This document shows positions 49,493 through 58,401 of a stretch of DNA of 64,000 bases, piece by piece. The stretch's first letter is position 1; every line of letters starts with the position of its first letter. The notes below the pieces were generated by a model, which worked only from the letters and a program-made list of their open reading frames with translations, ran no database searches and was not told where the DNA came from. The DNA is from Patescibacteria group bacterium (lineage in GTDB: Bacteria > Patescibacteriota > Patescibacteriia > Patescibacteriales > JBAZCA01): positions 20,707-84,706 of the forward strand of contig JBAZUL010000003.1 of NCBI GenBank assembly GCA_041661405.1, written 5' to 3'. A program made the translations under genes and the position numbers.

Positions 49493-52087
49493 TCAAACCC
49501 AAGTCGTGCTCGCTACCTTGTCTCCCTTTTCCTTAAACCGCATTAAGCGCACGCCTTGCGTGTCGCGCCCGAGCTTTGGCACTGTTTTAAAAGGCAAACG
49601 GATAACCTGGCCGCTCGCGGCGATTATAATCATGTCCTTGTCGCTCATCTTTTCCTTATCAACGATAAAAGCGTTGACAATGTCTCCGGTTTTAGCCGTA
49701 ACTTTGGCCGTCCGGATCCCTGATCCGCCCCGGCCCTGGATTTTAAAGAGGTCTAAGGGGGAAACTTTTCCAAACCCGTTTTCCATGACAACAAGCGCCA
49801 TGCTCTTTTTTAATTTTTCCTTATCATTTTTTATTACTCCCATGCCGACGACAAGGTCGCCTTTTTTAAGGCGGATACCTCTTACTCCGGCCGCTCCCCG
49901 GCCCATATCCCGAACATCGGTTTCCTTAAACCGGATGGACTGGCCTTTGGCGGTTATGAGCTGGATTTCATCCTTGCCGCCGGTCGGTTTGGCCCAGATC
50001 AGCCGGTCATCCGCGTTAATCTTTATGGCAATGAGGCCGGAACGCCGGACATTGGCAAAAGCCGAAAGCTCCACCTTTTTAACCAATCCCAGCTCAGTGG
50101 CGAAAAAAAGATATTTGCTCGCGGTAATTTTGTTTAAAGGCAAAATTGAAGTAACGCTCTCCGACCCTTCCAGCTGGAGGAAATTGACTATTGCCTGCCC
50201 TTTGGACGTGCGGGCTGATTGCGGTATTTCGTAGGCTTTGAGCTGGAACGCCCGCCCCTTAGTCGTAAAGAACAATAGATCGGAATGGGTATTGGTCGTA
50301 AACATGAATTCCACCATATCCTCTTCTTTAGTCGTAAGGCCGATTACGCCTTTGCCTCCCCGAGCCTGGGATTTAAAAGTGTCGGGCGGCAGGCGCTTTA
50401 TATAGCCGTCGCGGGTCATCATGACCATAGTTTCTTCGTCCGGTACAAGGTCTTCCATTTTAAATTCCTTGATATCCCCGGCAACAATGGCGGTTCTTCT
50501 CTCGTCCCGGTAATTTTCGTTCAGCTCTTTCAGCCCGTCTTTGATAACGCCGCGAATCTTGTTTTTTGATTTTAAAAGTTCTTCCAGCTCTTTTATGAGC
50601 TTCATCTTATCCTTTAACTCGGTTTCAATTTTCAGCTGTTCCAGGTTAGCGAGCGTCGCCAGCTTCATTTCCAAGATGGCAATGGCCTGCCGTTCGGTCA
50701 GCTTGAATTTTTTTATGAGGTTAACCTTGGCATCTTCGCGATCTTTTGATTTTTTTATGGTCGCGATCACCTCGTCAATTTTCGCCAGGGCAATCATTAA
50801 ACCTTCTAAAATATGAGCCCGGTCTTTGGCTCTCCGGAGTTCAAATTCCGTCCGGCGCCGGATTACAACTTCTCGGTGTTTTATATATTCTTCCAGGATC
50901 ATTTTCAGGTTCAAAACTTTCGGCTGGATGCCGTCCACTAACGCGAGCATGTTGACGTGGAAAGTTTCCTGAAGCTGGGTCATTTTGTAAAGGTTGTTTA
51001 AGATCTTTTTCGGGTAAGCGTCTTTTTTCAGTTCAATGACAACGCGGACGCCGTCCTTGTCGGATTCATCGCGCAGATCCCTGATGCCTTCAATTTTTTT
51101 GTCTTTTACCAGGTCGGCGATTTTTTCCACTAGCGTGGCTTTGTTAAGCTGAAAAGGAATTTCCGTGATTATAATCCTGAAGCTCCCGCCTTTGGTTTCA
51201 ACGATTTCAGCTCGGCCGCGCATGACGATTCCGCCTTTGCCGGTCGCGTAAGCTTGCAGGATATCCCGCCGGTTGTAAATAATTCCGCCGGTCGGAAAAT
51301 CCGGACCTTTGATAAAAACCATCAGATCCTCAACCGTAGCGTCGGGGTTGTCTATTAAATGGGTTATGCCGTCAATCAGTTCGCCTAGGTTATGCGGCGG
51401 GATGTTGGTAGCCATGCCGACGGCGATGCCCATGGCGCCGTTCATAAGAAGATTCGGCAGTTTAGCCGGAAGAACTCTAGGCTCTTTTTGCGAGCCGTCG
51501 TAGTTTGGAACAAAATCCACCGTATCTTTGTCTATGTCAAAAAGTATTTCTTCGGCGATTTTCGCGAGCTTAGCTTCGGTATATCTCATAGCCGCCGCTC
51601 CATCGCCGTCCATGGAACCGAAATTTCCTTGGCCTTTAATAAGCATGTAGCGCAGGGAAAAATCCTGGGCCATCCGAACCATGGAATCATAAACCGCCGT
51701 ATCGCCGTGCGGATGGTATTTGCCGAGCACTTCTCCGACGACGGTGGCCGATTTTCTGAACTTGGCGTTGGCGCGGAGCCCTAAATTCCACATGGCGTAC
51801 AATATGCGCCGATGCACCGGTTTTAAACCGTCCCGGACATCCGGCAGGGCGCGGGCGACGATAACGGTCATGGCGTAATCTAGGTAGGATTTTTCCATTT
51901 CCCGGACGATAGAGTGCGGTTCAACCATTCCGTATGCTGTTTCCATCTTTTTTTCAATAACCAAAGAAGCGGCTGGTTCAGCGCCGCTCTCTTTTTCAGC
52001 GGCGCCGTTCTCCTCTTTTGCCGCCGGAACTTTGGCTATCTCTTCTTCGTCTTTTTTCTTCTTATTTTTTTTTATATCCTTTGCCAT
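49493..52087 (-). CDS. gyrA: DNA gyrase subunit A
   Basis: 864 aa with the active-site region [14 protein letters not shown] and [15 protein letters not shown]. The C-terminal beta-pinwheel repeats are present. There is a K/E-rich N-terminal extension of about 45 aa. Confidence 0.98.
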   Translation of the reverse strand: MAKDIKKNKKKKDEEEIAKVPAAKEENGAAEKESGAEPAASLVIEKKMETAYGMVEPHSIVREMEKSYLDYAMTVIVARALPDVRDGLKPVHRRILYAMWNLGLRANAKFRKSATVVGEVLGKYHPHGDTAVYDSMVRMAQDFSLRYMLIKGQGNFGSMDGDGAAAMRYTEAKLAKIAEEILFDIDKDTVDFVPNYDGSQKEPRVLPAKLPNLLMNGAMGIAVGMATNIPPHNLGELIDGITHLIDNPDATVEDLMVFIKGPDFPTGGIIYNRRDILQAYATGKGGIVMRGRAEIVETKGGSFRIIITEIPFQLNKATLVEKIADLVKDKKIEGIRDLRDESDKDGVRVVIELKKDAYPKKILNNLYKMTQLQETFHVNMLALVDGIQPKVLNLKMILEEYIKHREVVIRRRTEFELRRAKDRAHILEGLMIALAKIDEVIATIKKSKDREDAKVNLIKKFKLTERQAIAILEMKLATLANLEQLKIETELKDKMKLIKELEELLKSKNKIRGVIKDGLKELNENYRDERRTAIVAGDIKEFKMEDLVPDEETMVMMTRDGYIKRLPPDTFKSQARGGKGVIGLTTKEEDMVEFMFTTNTHSDLLFFTTKGRAFQLKAYEIPQSARTSKGQAIVNFLQLEGSESVTSILPLNKITASKYLFFATELGLVKKVELSAFANVRRSGLIAIKINADDRLIWAKPTGGKDEIQLITAKGQSIRFKETDVRDMGRGAAGVRGIRLKKGDLVVGMGVIKNDKEKLKKSMALVVMENGFGKVSPLDLFKIQGRGGSGIRTAKVTAKTGDIVNAFIVDKEKMSDKDMIIIAASGQVIRLPFKTVPKLGRDTQGVRLMRFKEKGDKVASTTWV

Positions 52088-52166
52088 AGTTGGTCATTTA
52101 ATGCTGTCCGATAATCCTTAAATAGCTTGCGCGTTATTTTATTTTTGAAACGAGGACATGTACGGT

Positions 52167-52754
52167 CTATTCTCCCTGCAATTTCCTTTCCAATTCTTCT
52201 ATCTTCTTCCTTAATTCTTTCAGGTCAACTTTTTCGGCTGATTCGTCGGTTGAACTAGCGATCGCGTTTCCGGCTTCCGGGCTGGATCCATCGCCCGAGG
52301 GAGTAGCGCTTGCCGCTTCGTCCGAAGGTAAAACCGCCGGGGTAGAAGTCGCGTTTTCTTCGCTGGCAATATCTTTTACTTCATCAATCCCCTTTTTCGC
52401 TTCTTCCATTGATCTGGAAAAATTATCCGATATCTCTTCCCAATTAAAATCGCTTTTCGCCGTCTCGGGCGTTGCCTGAAAAATATTTTTTATGTTTAAA
52501 ACCCAGATAACAATTATCGCCAGCATGAAAAAAGTCACTCCGCTCCACATCACCAGCCGCTTATTTTTTTCCACCTCTTCGGGATTGGGAAAAACTTCCA
52601 ACGGCTCTTCAAATTTAAGGTTCACGGCGTTAATTTTATCTTCCCGCGGCTTATCTTCGGCCGATCTGTTAACCACTCTTACGTTTTTCTTTACCGATTT
52701 CTTCGGCCGCTTAGCGCGGGTTTCTTTTTTTAGCTCGTTCTTCCTCCTTGGCAT
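52167..52754 (-). CDS. hypothetical single-pass membrane protein
   Basis: 195 aa with a basic N-terminus (RRKNELKKETRAKRPKK), one TM helix (LVMWSGVTFFMLAIIVIWVL), an S/A/E-rich external region and a short C-terminal coiled coil. Confidence 0.6.
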   Translation of the reverse strand: MPRRKNELKKETRAKRPKKSVKKNVRVVNRSAEDKPREDKINAVNLKFEEPLEVFPNPEEVEKNKRLVMWSGVTFFMLAIIVIWVLNIKNIFQATPETAKSDFNWEEISDNFSRSMEEAKKGIDEVKDIASEENATSTPAVLPSDEAASATPSGDGSSPEAGNAIASSTDESAEKVDLKELRKKIEELERKLQGE

Positions 52755-52763
52755 AACAAAAAA

Positions 52764-53411
52764 TTAAATTTTTAATATCACCAGTTCCATATCTTCCTGC
52801 GGCAAATCCTTTTTGGATATTTTCAGTTTTTCTTCCTCAGTCGGTTTGATCCCGAGCTCTTTTACGAATTTTTCCACCCCGTCTATGTCGGTAATCTTGG
52901 AACCGGCCGTTTTGTAATGCATCGGAATGACGATCCGCGGTTCTATCTGGTTTATCACTTCAACGGCTTTTTTCGCGTCAATCGTGTATTTGCCGCCGAC
53001 GGGTATCATAAGAATGTCGCACTTGCCTATTTTTTCCAGTTGTTTGTCGGTTAAGACATGCCCCAGATCGCCTAAATGGACTATCGCGATGCCTTCCATC
53101 TCCATCCAGTAAATTACGTTCCGGCCGCGCTCGGCGCCTTCTCTTTCATCGTGGTGCGAATCAATCCCTTCAATGGAAATCCCTTTAACGTCGTATTCGC
53201 CGGCCGATTTTATTACGAAAGGTTTGCCGCGCAGAGCGTCGGCGTTGTTATGGTCATGATGGTTGTGGGAAACAGTAATAATGTCCGCCTCAAAATTAGG
53301 GACTTTAAACCCGGTATCTTTATCAAAAGGATCGGTAACGATGGTTACCGCGTCCGATCCGGTTTTATCCTGGATTTTAAAGCATGAATGTCCAAGCCAG
53401 GTGATATGCAT
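52764..53411 (-). CDS. MBL-fold metal-dependent hydrolase (UPF0173-like)
   Basis: 215 aa with MHITWLGHSCFKIQ and the HxHxDH motif VSHNHHDHNN. Confidence 0.88.
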   Translation of the reverse strand: MHITWLGHSCFKIQDKTGSDAVTIVTDPFDKDTGFKVPNFEADIITVSHNHHDHNNADALRGKPFVIKSAGEYDVKGISIEGIDSHHDEREGAERGRNVIYWMEMEGIAIVHLGDLGHVLTDKQLEKIGKCDILMIPVGGKYTIDAKKAVEVINQIEPRIVIPMHYKTAGSKITDIDGVEKFVKELGIKPTEEEKLKISKKDLPQEDMELVILKI

Positions 53412-53507
53412 AATGTTTTTAAATACAAAAAATAGGCTTCAATACCTATTTTTAATATAGCAGATTGGGGAGGGATGTCAACGCGGGAAATAGCGGGTTC
53501 TCTTATC

Positions 53508-53720
53508 TTAATCAGCCGTCTCCCCGGTTTTTTCCTCTTCCAAAATATCCTTGGCCATTCTTAAAACTTTCAAATCGTCACTTACCAGTTTTCTCTTATA
53601 ACGCAAGTCAAAATCGGCCAGCTTGCCTTGTATTTTGGTTAATAAGGCTAAGCCGTCCTTATTGGCCGCCTCCATCTCGCTAACCGCGTCCTGTAATGCT
53701 TTGGAATTATCATCACTCAT
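53508..53720 (-). CDS. hypothetical small helical protein
   Basis: 70-aa ORF predicted helical/charged. It starts 9 nt downstream of the stop of the 579-aa coiled-coil gene. Confidence 0.5.
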   Translation of the reverse strand: MSDDNSKALQDAVSEMEAANKDGLALLTKIQGKLADFDLRYKRKLVSDDLKVLRMAKDILEEEKTGETAD

Positions 53721-53729
53721 AAAAAATAT

Positions 53730-55469
53730 TTATTTTTTTAAAGCTTTTTCGGCTTTTTCAATCGCCTTAACGACAGCTTGCATATCATTTGGAGTATTTT
53801 TTCCATATCTTTGATATATTTGCTGGTAAATCTGAAGCGCTGTAGCCTTTTCCAGCTGGGTAGATTCCGTAATTTTCTTTTTTTGCTGTTTCGAAATTTC
53901 GCTTATAACCTGATTCATCGTTTTCACGAAATTTTCCATTCCCCTGGGGCCTTTAGTTAATTCACCTCTGATGCTTGAGGTAGCGTCATACCAATCTTGA
54001 AACGTTGGATGTTTTTCTTTATAGGTAAGCACTTCTTTTAACGTCGCTGGCTCTTTCTTTTCCTTAGCCCCGCTCTTGGCTTTTTCCTTCTTTTTTCTGC
54101 CGCCGGATTTTACCATTTCTCTGACTGTTTCCTGCAGACGCTCCCGCTCATCCTCGTTCAAACCCTGAAGATCAGATTCTTCAAATATATCTTCAAGATC
54201 ATCTTCCTCCAAGCCGTCAAAATATTCCTGCAAACTGCCTTTGGCTTTTTTAGCCGCTTTTTCCATTTTTTCCACGGCCGAATCGGCCATATTTTCAATT
54301 TTTTCGGTTGCCGCATCTTCTTTAATCCGCTTTTCTTCAGCGGCCTCGGCAATTTCTTTATCGGTTTTTCCAGCGTTATTTAGCCGTTCCATAAAGGCCT
54401 CGGCCTGATCTTTACGGGTTTCCATCGCGCTCTTTCCAACCTCAGCGCTTTCGAGAGCTGTATTTAACCCTTCAATTATTCTCTGATATTCTTCCCGCTT
54501 CTGCGTTGCTGCCTTAAGAACATCTCTTTCCATGGGCAGTAAACTTTTTTTCTCGGTCAACCTCCGAATTGTTTCCTCGGCCCGGCCAAACCTTTCCTGA
54601 TAGTCAGCCAACCCCTTGGCGGTCTCATCGCATATATTGGATATATCGTTAAACATCTTAACACTTTCTCCCATTTCGACCTCGGCTAACTTCTTGTAAG
54701 GGGCCAGTTCTTTCTGTAAATACCCGTCCAGCCGATTCATCCATTTAATTTTTGTCGCCTCTTCGCCTTCAAGCTTCTTTATCAAACCATCTTTTGCCTC
54801 AGGTCCCAACTCTTTGAATTCCATCATTTCCTGAACGGATTTCTCCCTGTCGGCGATAGAAGCTTCCAAATCCTCCATTTGCCCTTTTCTTCTCGCTCCG
54901 GTTGTTTCTTCTATGTTCTTAAGTTTTTTGTCAATCAAGTTTCTAGCCATGGCTATTTGCCCTTCCACTCCTCTTTCTTTGACCACGGTCCGATAGTATT
55001 CTCTTTTTCCTCTTCTTTCTATTATGTGAGATTCGTCAGCGCTCATCACCACTTCTTCACTGCCCGGTTTATCGCGATAAGCCAAGCCTGATAAAATATT
55101 ATCTTTTCCTTTATATTCTTCCGGCAAATAAGTTTTTCGCCCGAAAAAAGTTTTAACGTTTTTTATCTTCTTAAAAATCCCTTTATCCTTTACAGCTTCC
55201 CTGCCCCCTCCGAAGTATCCCTTTTCCAATTCAATCTTCTCCTCCTGGCCTCTTTCTTTGGCAATTAAATCTTTTTCCTGTTCATCAAAACGAATTCCGC
55301 CTCTTTGGCCCAATACCATTTGATCTAACTTGGATGCTTCCAATTCCTGCATCCTGATAGTCCGCTCAAAATCTTTAATTTTAACGGCTGTTTCGGAAAC
55401 TTTTTCCGGCGCTTGTTGCGCTTCGGGCGGTTTTACCGCCTCGGTTTGTTCTGCTTCGGATGTAGCCAT
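53730..55469 (-). CDS. hypothetical highly charged coiled-coil protein
   Basis: 579 aa, E/K-rich, with no TM helix or signal peptide and no recognisable enzymatic motif. It has long heptad-like helical stretches (for example LEASIADREKSVQEMMEF and EEYQRIIEGLNTALESAEVGKSAMETRKDQAEAFMERL). Confidence 0.7.
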   Translation of the reverse strand: MATSEAEQTEAVKPPEAQQAPEKVSETAVKIKDFERTIRMQELEASKLDQMVLGQRGGIRFDEQEKDLIAKERGQEEKIELEKGYFGGGREAVKDKGIFKKIKNVKTFFGRKTYLPEEYKGKDNILSGLAYRDKPGSEEVVMSADESHIIERRGKREYYRTVVKERGVEGQIAMARNLIDKKLKNIEETTGARRKGQMEDLEASIADREKSVQEMMEFKELGPEAKDGLIKKLEGEEATKIKWMNRLDGYLQKELAPYKKLAEVEMGESVKMFNDISNICDETAKGLADYQERFGRAEETIRRLTEKKSLLPMERDVLKAATQKREEYQRIIEGLNTALESAEVGKSAMETRKDQAEAFMERLNNAGKTDKEIAEAAEEKRIKEDAATEKIENMADSAVEKMEKAAKKAKGSLQEYFDGLEEDDLEDIFEESDLQGLNEDERERLQETVREMVKSGGRKKKEKAKSGAKEKKEPATLKEVLTYKEKHPTFQDWYDATSSIRGELTKGPRGMENFVKTMNQVISEISKQQKKKITESTQLEKATALQIYQQIYQRYGKNTPNDMQAVVKAIEKAEKALKK

Positions 55470-55556
55470 ATGCTTTGCCCCTTTTATTAATTCAAATTTT
55501 GTCTGTCTTAATGCAATTATACCCTAACCCCAACAATTCATCAATCAATCCTCCCC

Positions 55557-58205
55557 CTACCTCGCGAAATACATCCCGTCATCGTCATCATCCGCCGGAG
55601 CGCTTGCCGCGTCCGCAGTTTCGCCGCCAAAATCAGCAATAGTCTCTTTCTTCACTTTTCTCCGGCCGGATTTTTTTTCCGCGATTTTTTCTAATACATC
55701 CTCGGCCTTCTCTTCGTCATCATGAAAATCGTCAACCTCTTTTATGTCTTCTTCGCTGTATTCATTTTTTTTCTTTGCCGATTTTTTTCTGTCTCCTTCG
55801 CCATCTTCATTATCCGGCTCATCATCGGTTTTGTCATCTTCATCCTCCTCATCGCCTTCATCATCAGCGTCATCAGAGCCTCGATCGATATCAGCGGTTC
55901 CGACAGGCAGGTACTCATCCGGCGCTACGGCCTCGTCGCGGTTATGGAGCGACACGCCGGAAACTCCGGTTTCTATCATGCCTTCGTATTGCTCCTTGGA
56001 AACTAAAATTTCTCTCGGCTTACTGCCGTTGCCCGGACCGACTATGCCATTTTCTTCAAGTAAATCTATGAGCTTGGCCGCCCGCGAATAGCCGACCGAA
56101 AGCCGCCGCTGTAAAAGCGAAGTTGAAGCCCGGCCCATATTGATGACGATCTCTTTAGCTTCTTCAAAAAGATCATCCGAATCCGCGTCGCCGCCCGACA
56201 TGCCGACCCCGCCTAAGCCCCGGACTTTTTGCCGCTCGGTAATGCCTTCAATATAATTAGCTTCCCCGCCGTTTTCTTTTATGTAGCGGACGATTTTTTT
56301 AATCTCATTATCCGAAACAAAAGCCCCCTGAATCCGCTTGGGCTTTGAAAGTTCGGCGGTTACGAAAAGCATGTCCCCGGAACCTAAAAGTTTTTCCGCG
56401 CCGAGCGAATCCAGAATCGTCCGCGAGTCAACGCTTGAGGCGACGGAAAACGCTATCCGAGCCGGCATGTTAGCTTTAATCAGACCGGTGATAACGTCAA
56501 CGCTCGGCCTTTGCGTCGCGAGGACTAAGTGAATCCCGACCGCCCGCGCCATTTGCGCGAGGCGGATAACAGCGGTTTCAACTTCCCGCGCCGAAACGAC
56601 CATCAAATCGGCGAGTTCGTCTATGATAAAAATGATATAGGGCATTTTTTCCAATCCAGTTTTGCCGTTCTTCTTCCCGTTATTCATGGATTCGTTATAG
56701 GACTGGATATTTCTTTTTCCGACTTTGGAGAGAATATCAAATCGCCGATCCATTTCGTTTAAGCACCATTTTAAAGCGTTAATAGTCTTATCCACGTCCG
56801 TAATAACCGGGGTTAAAAGATGCGGAATGCCGTTATAAATCGGCAGTTCCACCCGCTTCGGGTCAACCATGATAAACCGGAGATCATCGGGATTGTTCTG
56901 GTATAAAAGGCTGACTATTATTGAATTAAGACAAACCGATTTTCCGGAATTAGTCGCGCCGGCAACGAGAAGATGAGGCATTTTGGCGATATTATAAGTC
57001 CAGGGTTTGCCGGAAACGTCCTTGCCGAGGGAGATATAGAGATTTGATTTTCGGTCTTTAAATTCCTTTGACTGTAAAACCTGGCGGAGCCCGACTACCG
57101 CTTTGGTCTGATTCGGCACTTCAACTCCGACGAGTGATTTTCCCGGAATCGGCGCTTCAATCCGGATCGGGTGCGCCGCCAAAGCCAAAGCCAGGTCATT
57201 CCCCAGGGTCGTAATTTTCGCGAGCTTTATGCCCTCGGCCGGTTTAAAAGTGTATTGGGTTACGGTCGGCCCGACTGAAACCTCGCCCATGCCGACGGCA
57301 ATGCCGAAATTCTTTAGAGTCCTTTCAATCACCTCGGCGTTATTTTTTATATCGCCGCTCATCGGCTTGGTTACCTTATCGGATAACAGGTCTAGGGGCA
57401 GGTCAATTTTAACATGGCTTGATTTCCAGGGCTTTTCTTCTTCTTTTTCTTTTATTTTTTTCGCGTCCATGGCCGGATTGATTTTTCTCGCGCTGAATTC
57501 GGCTGCCGCGAGAATTTCTTCTCCGGCTGTTTCTTCCTCCGGCTCGTCCTCGCTTTCCGGTTCATTGTCCGGTTCGCTGTTTTCTTTTCGCCTCATGATA
57601 AAAGCCATGACCCGGTTAACCCCGGACAAGGCTTTGGCAAAAATGCTTTCGCTTCCGACAATGGCGCTTAAAGTCGTATCAAAAACCAGCATCAGGGAAA
57701 TGATAACTAAGCTAATAACCAAAATTACCGAAGCCCATAATCCTAAAACGCGAATCAGCCCCAAACCGAGAAAATATCCGAGATAGCCGCCGCCCCGGCC
57801 TTGTTCCAGAGCGGTTTTCCACTCATCCTGGCCGATAAAGAGCTGGAAAATGGCTTCCATTGAGAGGACAAACAAAAAGAGCCCGAGATAGTTTGATCCG
57901 CGGATATGGTATTTTTCCGAAGCGTAAAGAAGATAGCCGAGCCCGAGTAGCGCGAGCGGGAGCATGAATTTTCCCCAGCCAAATACGTAAGTCAAGCCTT
58001 TGGCGTAATAAATTCCGAAACTGCCAGCCAAATCAAAAAGACTTAAGACGCCGATCGCCCCGAGCGTAAGGATTATGACAATATAGATGCCCTTTTTCGT
58101 CGCTGGATCAAGATCCATGGACGGCATAGACGGCAGGCTCGGCGAATAAAGCCGGTTTAATAGTTTTCTTTTTCTTCCTCTTCTGGCCATATTTTTAGCT
58201 TTCAT
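55557..58205 (-). CDS. ftsK: DNA translocase FtsK/SpoIIIE with acidic C-terminal extension
   Basis: 882 aa with 4-5 N-terminal TM helices, Walker A GATNSGKSV, Walker B IIDELADLM and a gamma-like winged helix (SLLQRRLSVGYSRAAKLIDLLEENGIVGP). A D/E-rich tail of about 150 aa follows. Confidence 0.95.
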   Translation of the reverse strand: MKAKNMARRGRKRKLLNRLYSPSLPSMPSMDLDPATKKGIYIVIILTLGAIGVLSLFDLAGSFGIYYAKGLTYVFGWGKFMLPLALLGLGYLLYASEKYHIRGSNYLGLFLFVLSMEAIFQLFIGQDEWKTALEQGRGGGYLGYFLGLGLIRVLGLWASVILVISLVIISLMLVFDTTLSAIVGSESIFAKALSGVNRVMAFIMRRKENSEPDNEPESEDEPEEETAGEEILAAAEFSARKINPAMDAKKIKEKEEEKPWKSSHVKIDLPLDLLSDKVTKPMSGDIKNNAEVIERTLKNFGIAVGMGEVSVGPTVTQYTFKPAEGIKLAKITTLGNDLALALAAHPIRIEAPIPGKSLVGVEVPNQTKAVVGLRQVLQSKEFKDRKSNLYISLGKDVSGKPWTYNIAKMPHLLVAGATNSGKSVCLNSIIVSLLYQNNPDDLRFIMVDPKRVELPIYNGIPHLLTPVITDVDKTINALKWCLNEMDRRFDILSKVGKRNIQSYNESMNNGKKNGKTGLEKMPYIIFIIDELADLMVVSAREVETAVIRLAQMARAVGIHLVLATQRPSVDVITGLIKANMPARIAFSVASSVDSRTILDSLGAEKLLGSGDMLFVTAELSKPKRIQGAFVSDNEIKKIVRYIKENGGEANYIEGITERQKVRGLGGVGMSGGDADSDDLFEEAKEIVINMGRASTSLLQRRLSVGYSRAAKLIDLLEENGIVGPGNGSKPREILVSKEQYEGMIETGVSGVSLHNRDEAVAPDEYLPVGTADIDRGSDDADDEGDEEDEDDKTDDEPDNEDGEGDRKKSAKKKNEYSEEDIKEVDDFHDDEEKAEDVLEKIAEKKSGRRKVKKETIADFGGETADAASAPADDDDDGMYFAR

Positions 58206-58230
58206 GCCGGCTGGCGGCAGGTTTTGGCAA

Positions 58231-58262
58231 TAAAAAACAGTTAGTTTTATTTAACTGCTTTT
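58231..58262 (-). terminator. probable Rho-independent terminator downstream of the giant surface-protein gene
   Basis: Stem CAGTTA/TAACTG (58238..58243 and 58252..58257) followed on the minus strand by TTTTTTATT. The stem is weak. Confidence 0.4.
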
Positions 58263-58362
58263 AATTATATCATTTATCAGGGATGAAAAAAAGGGCAACG
58301 GAGCGTCTCTACAATTTGCGTTTACCGTTTCGCCCGCTATACGCAATCGCCCGGATAATGTC

Positions 58363-58401
58363 CTCCCGCGACTCGCTGACGCTCGCGCGGGACAGGCACG
58401 C
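58363..58401 (-). repeat. GC-rich hairpin element, copy C, abutting the TAG stop of the giant gene
   Basis: The minus strand reads GCGTGCCTGTCCCGCGCGAGCGTCAGCGAGTCGCGGGAG (39 nt). It shares GC(G/T)TGCCTG, CCCGC, TCAGCGAG, GAGTCG and GAGG blocks with copy D at 61821..61877. The hairpin is TCCCGCG/CGCGGGA. Confidence 0.65.
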
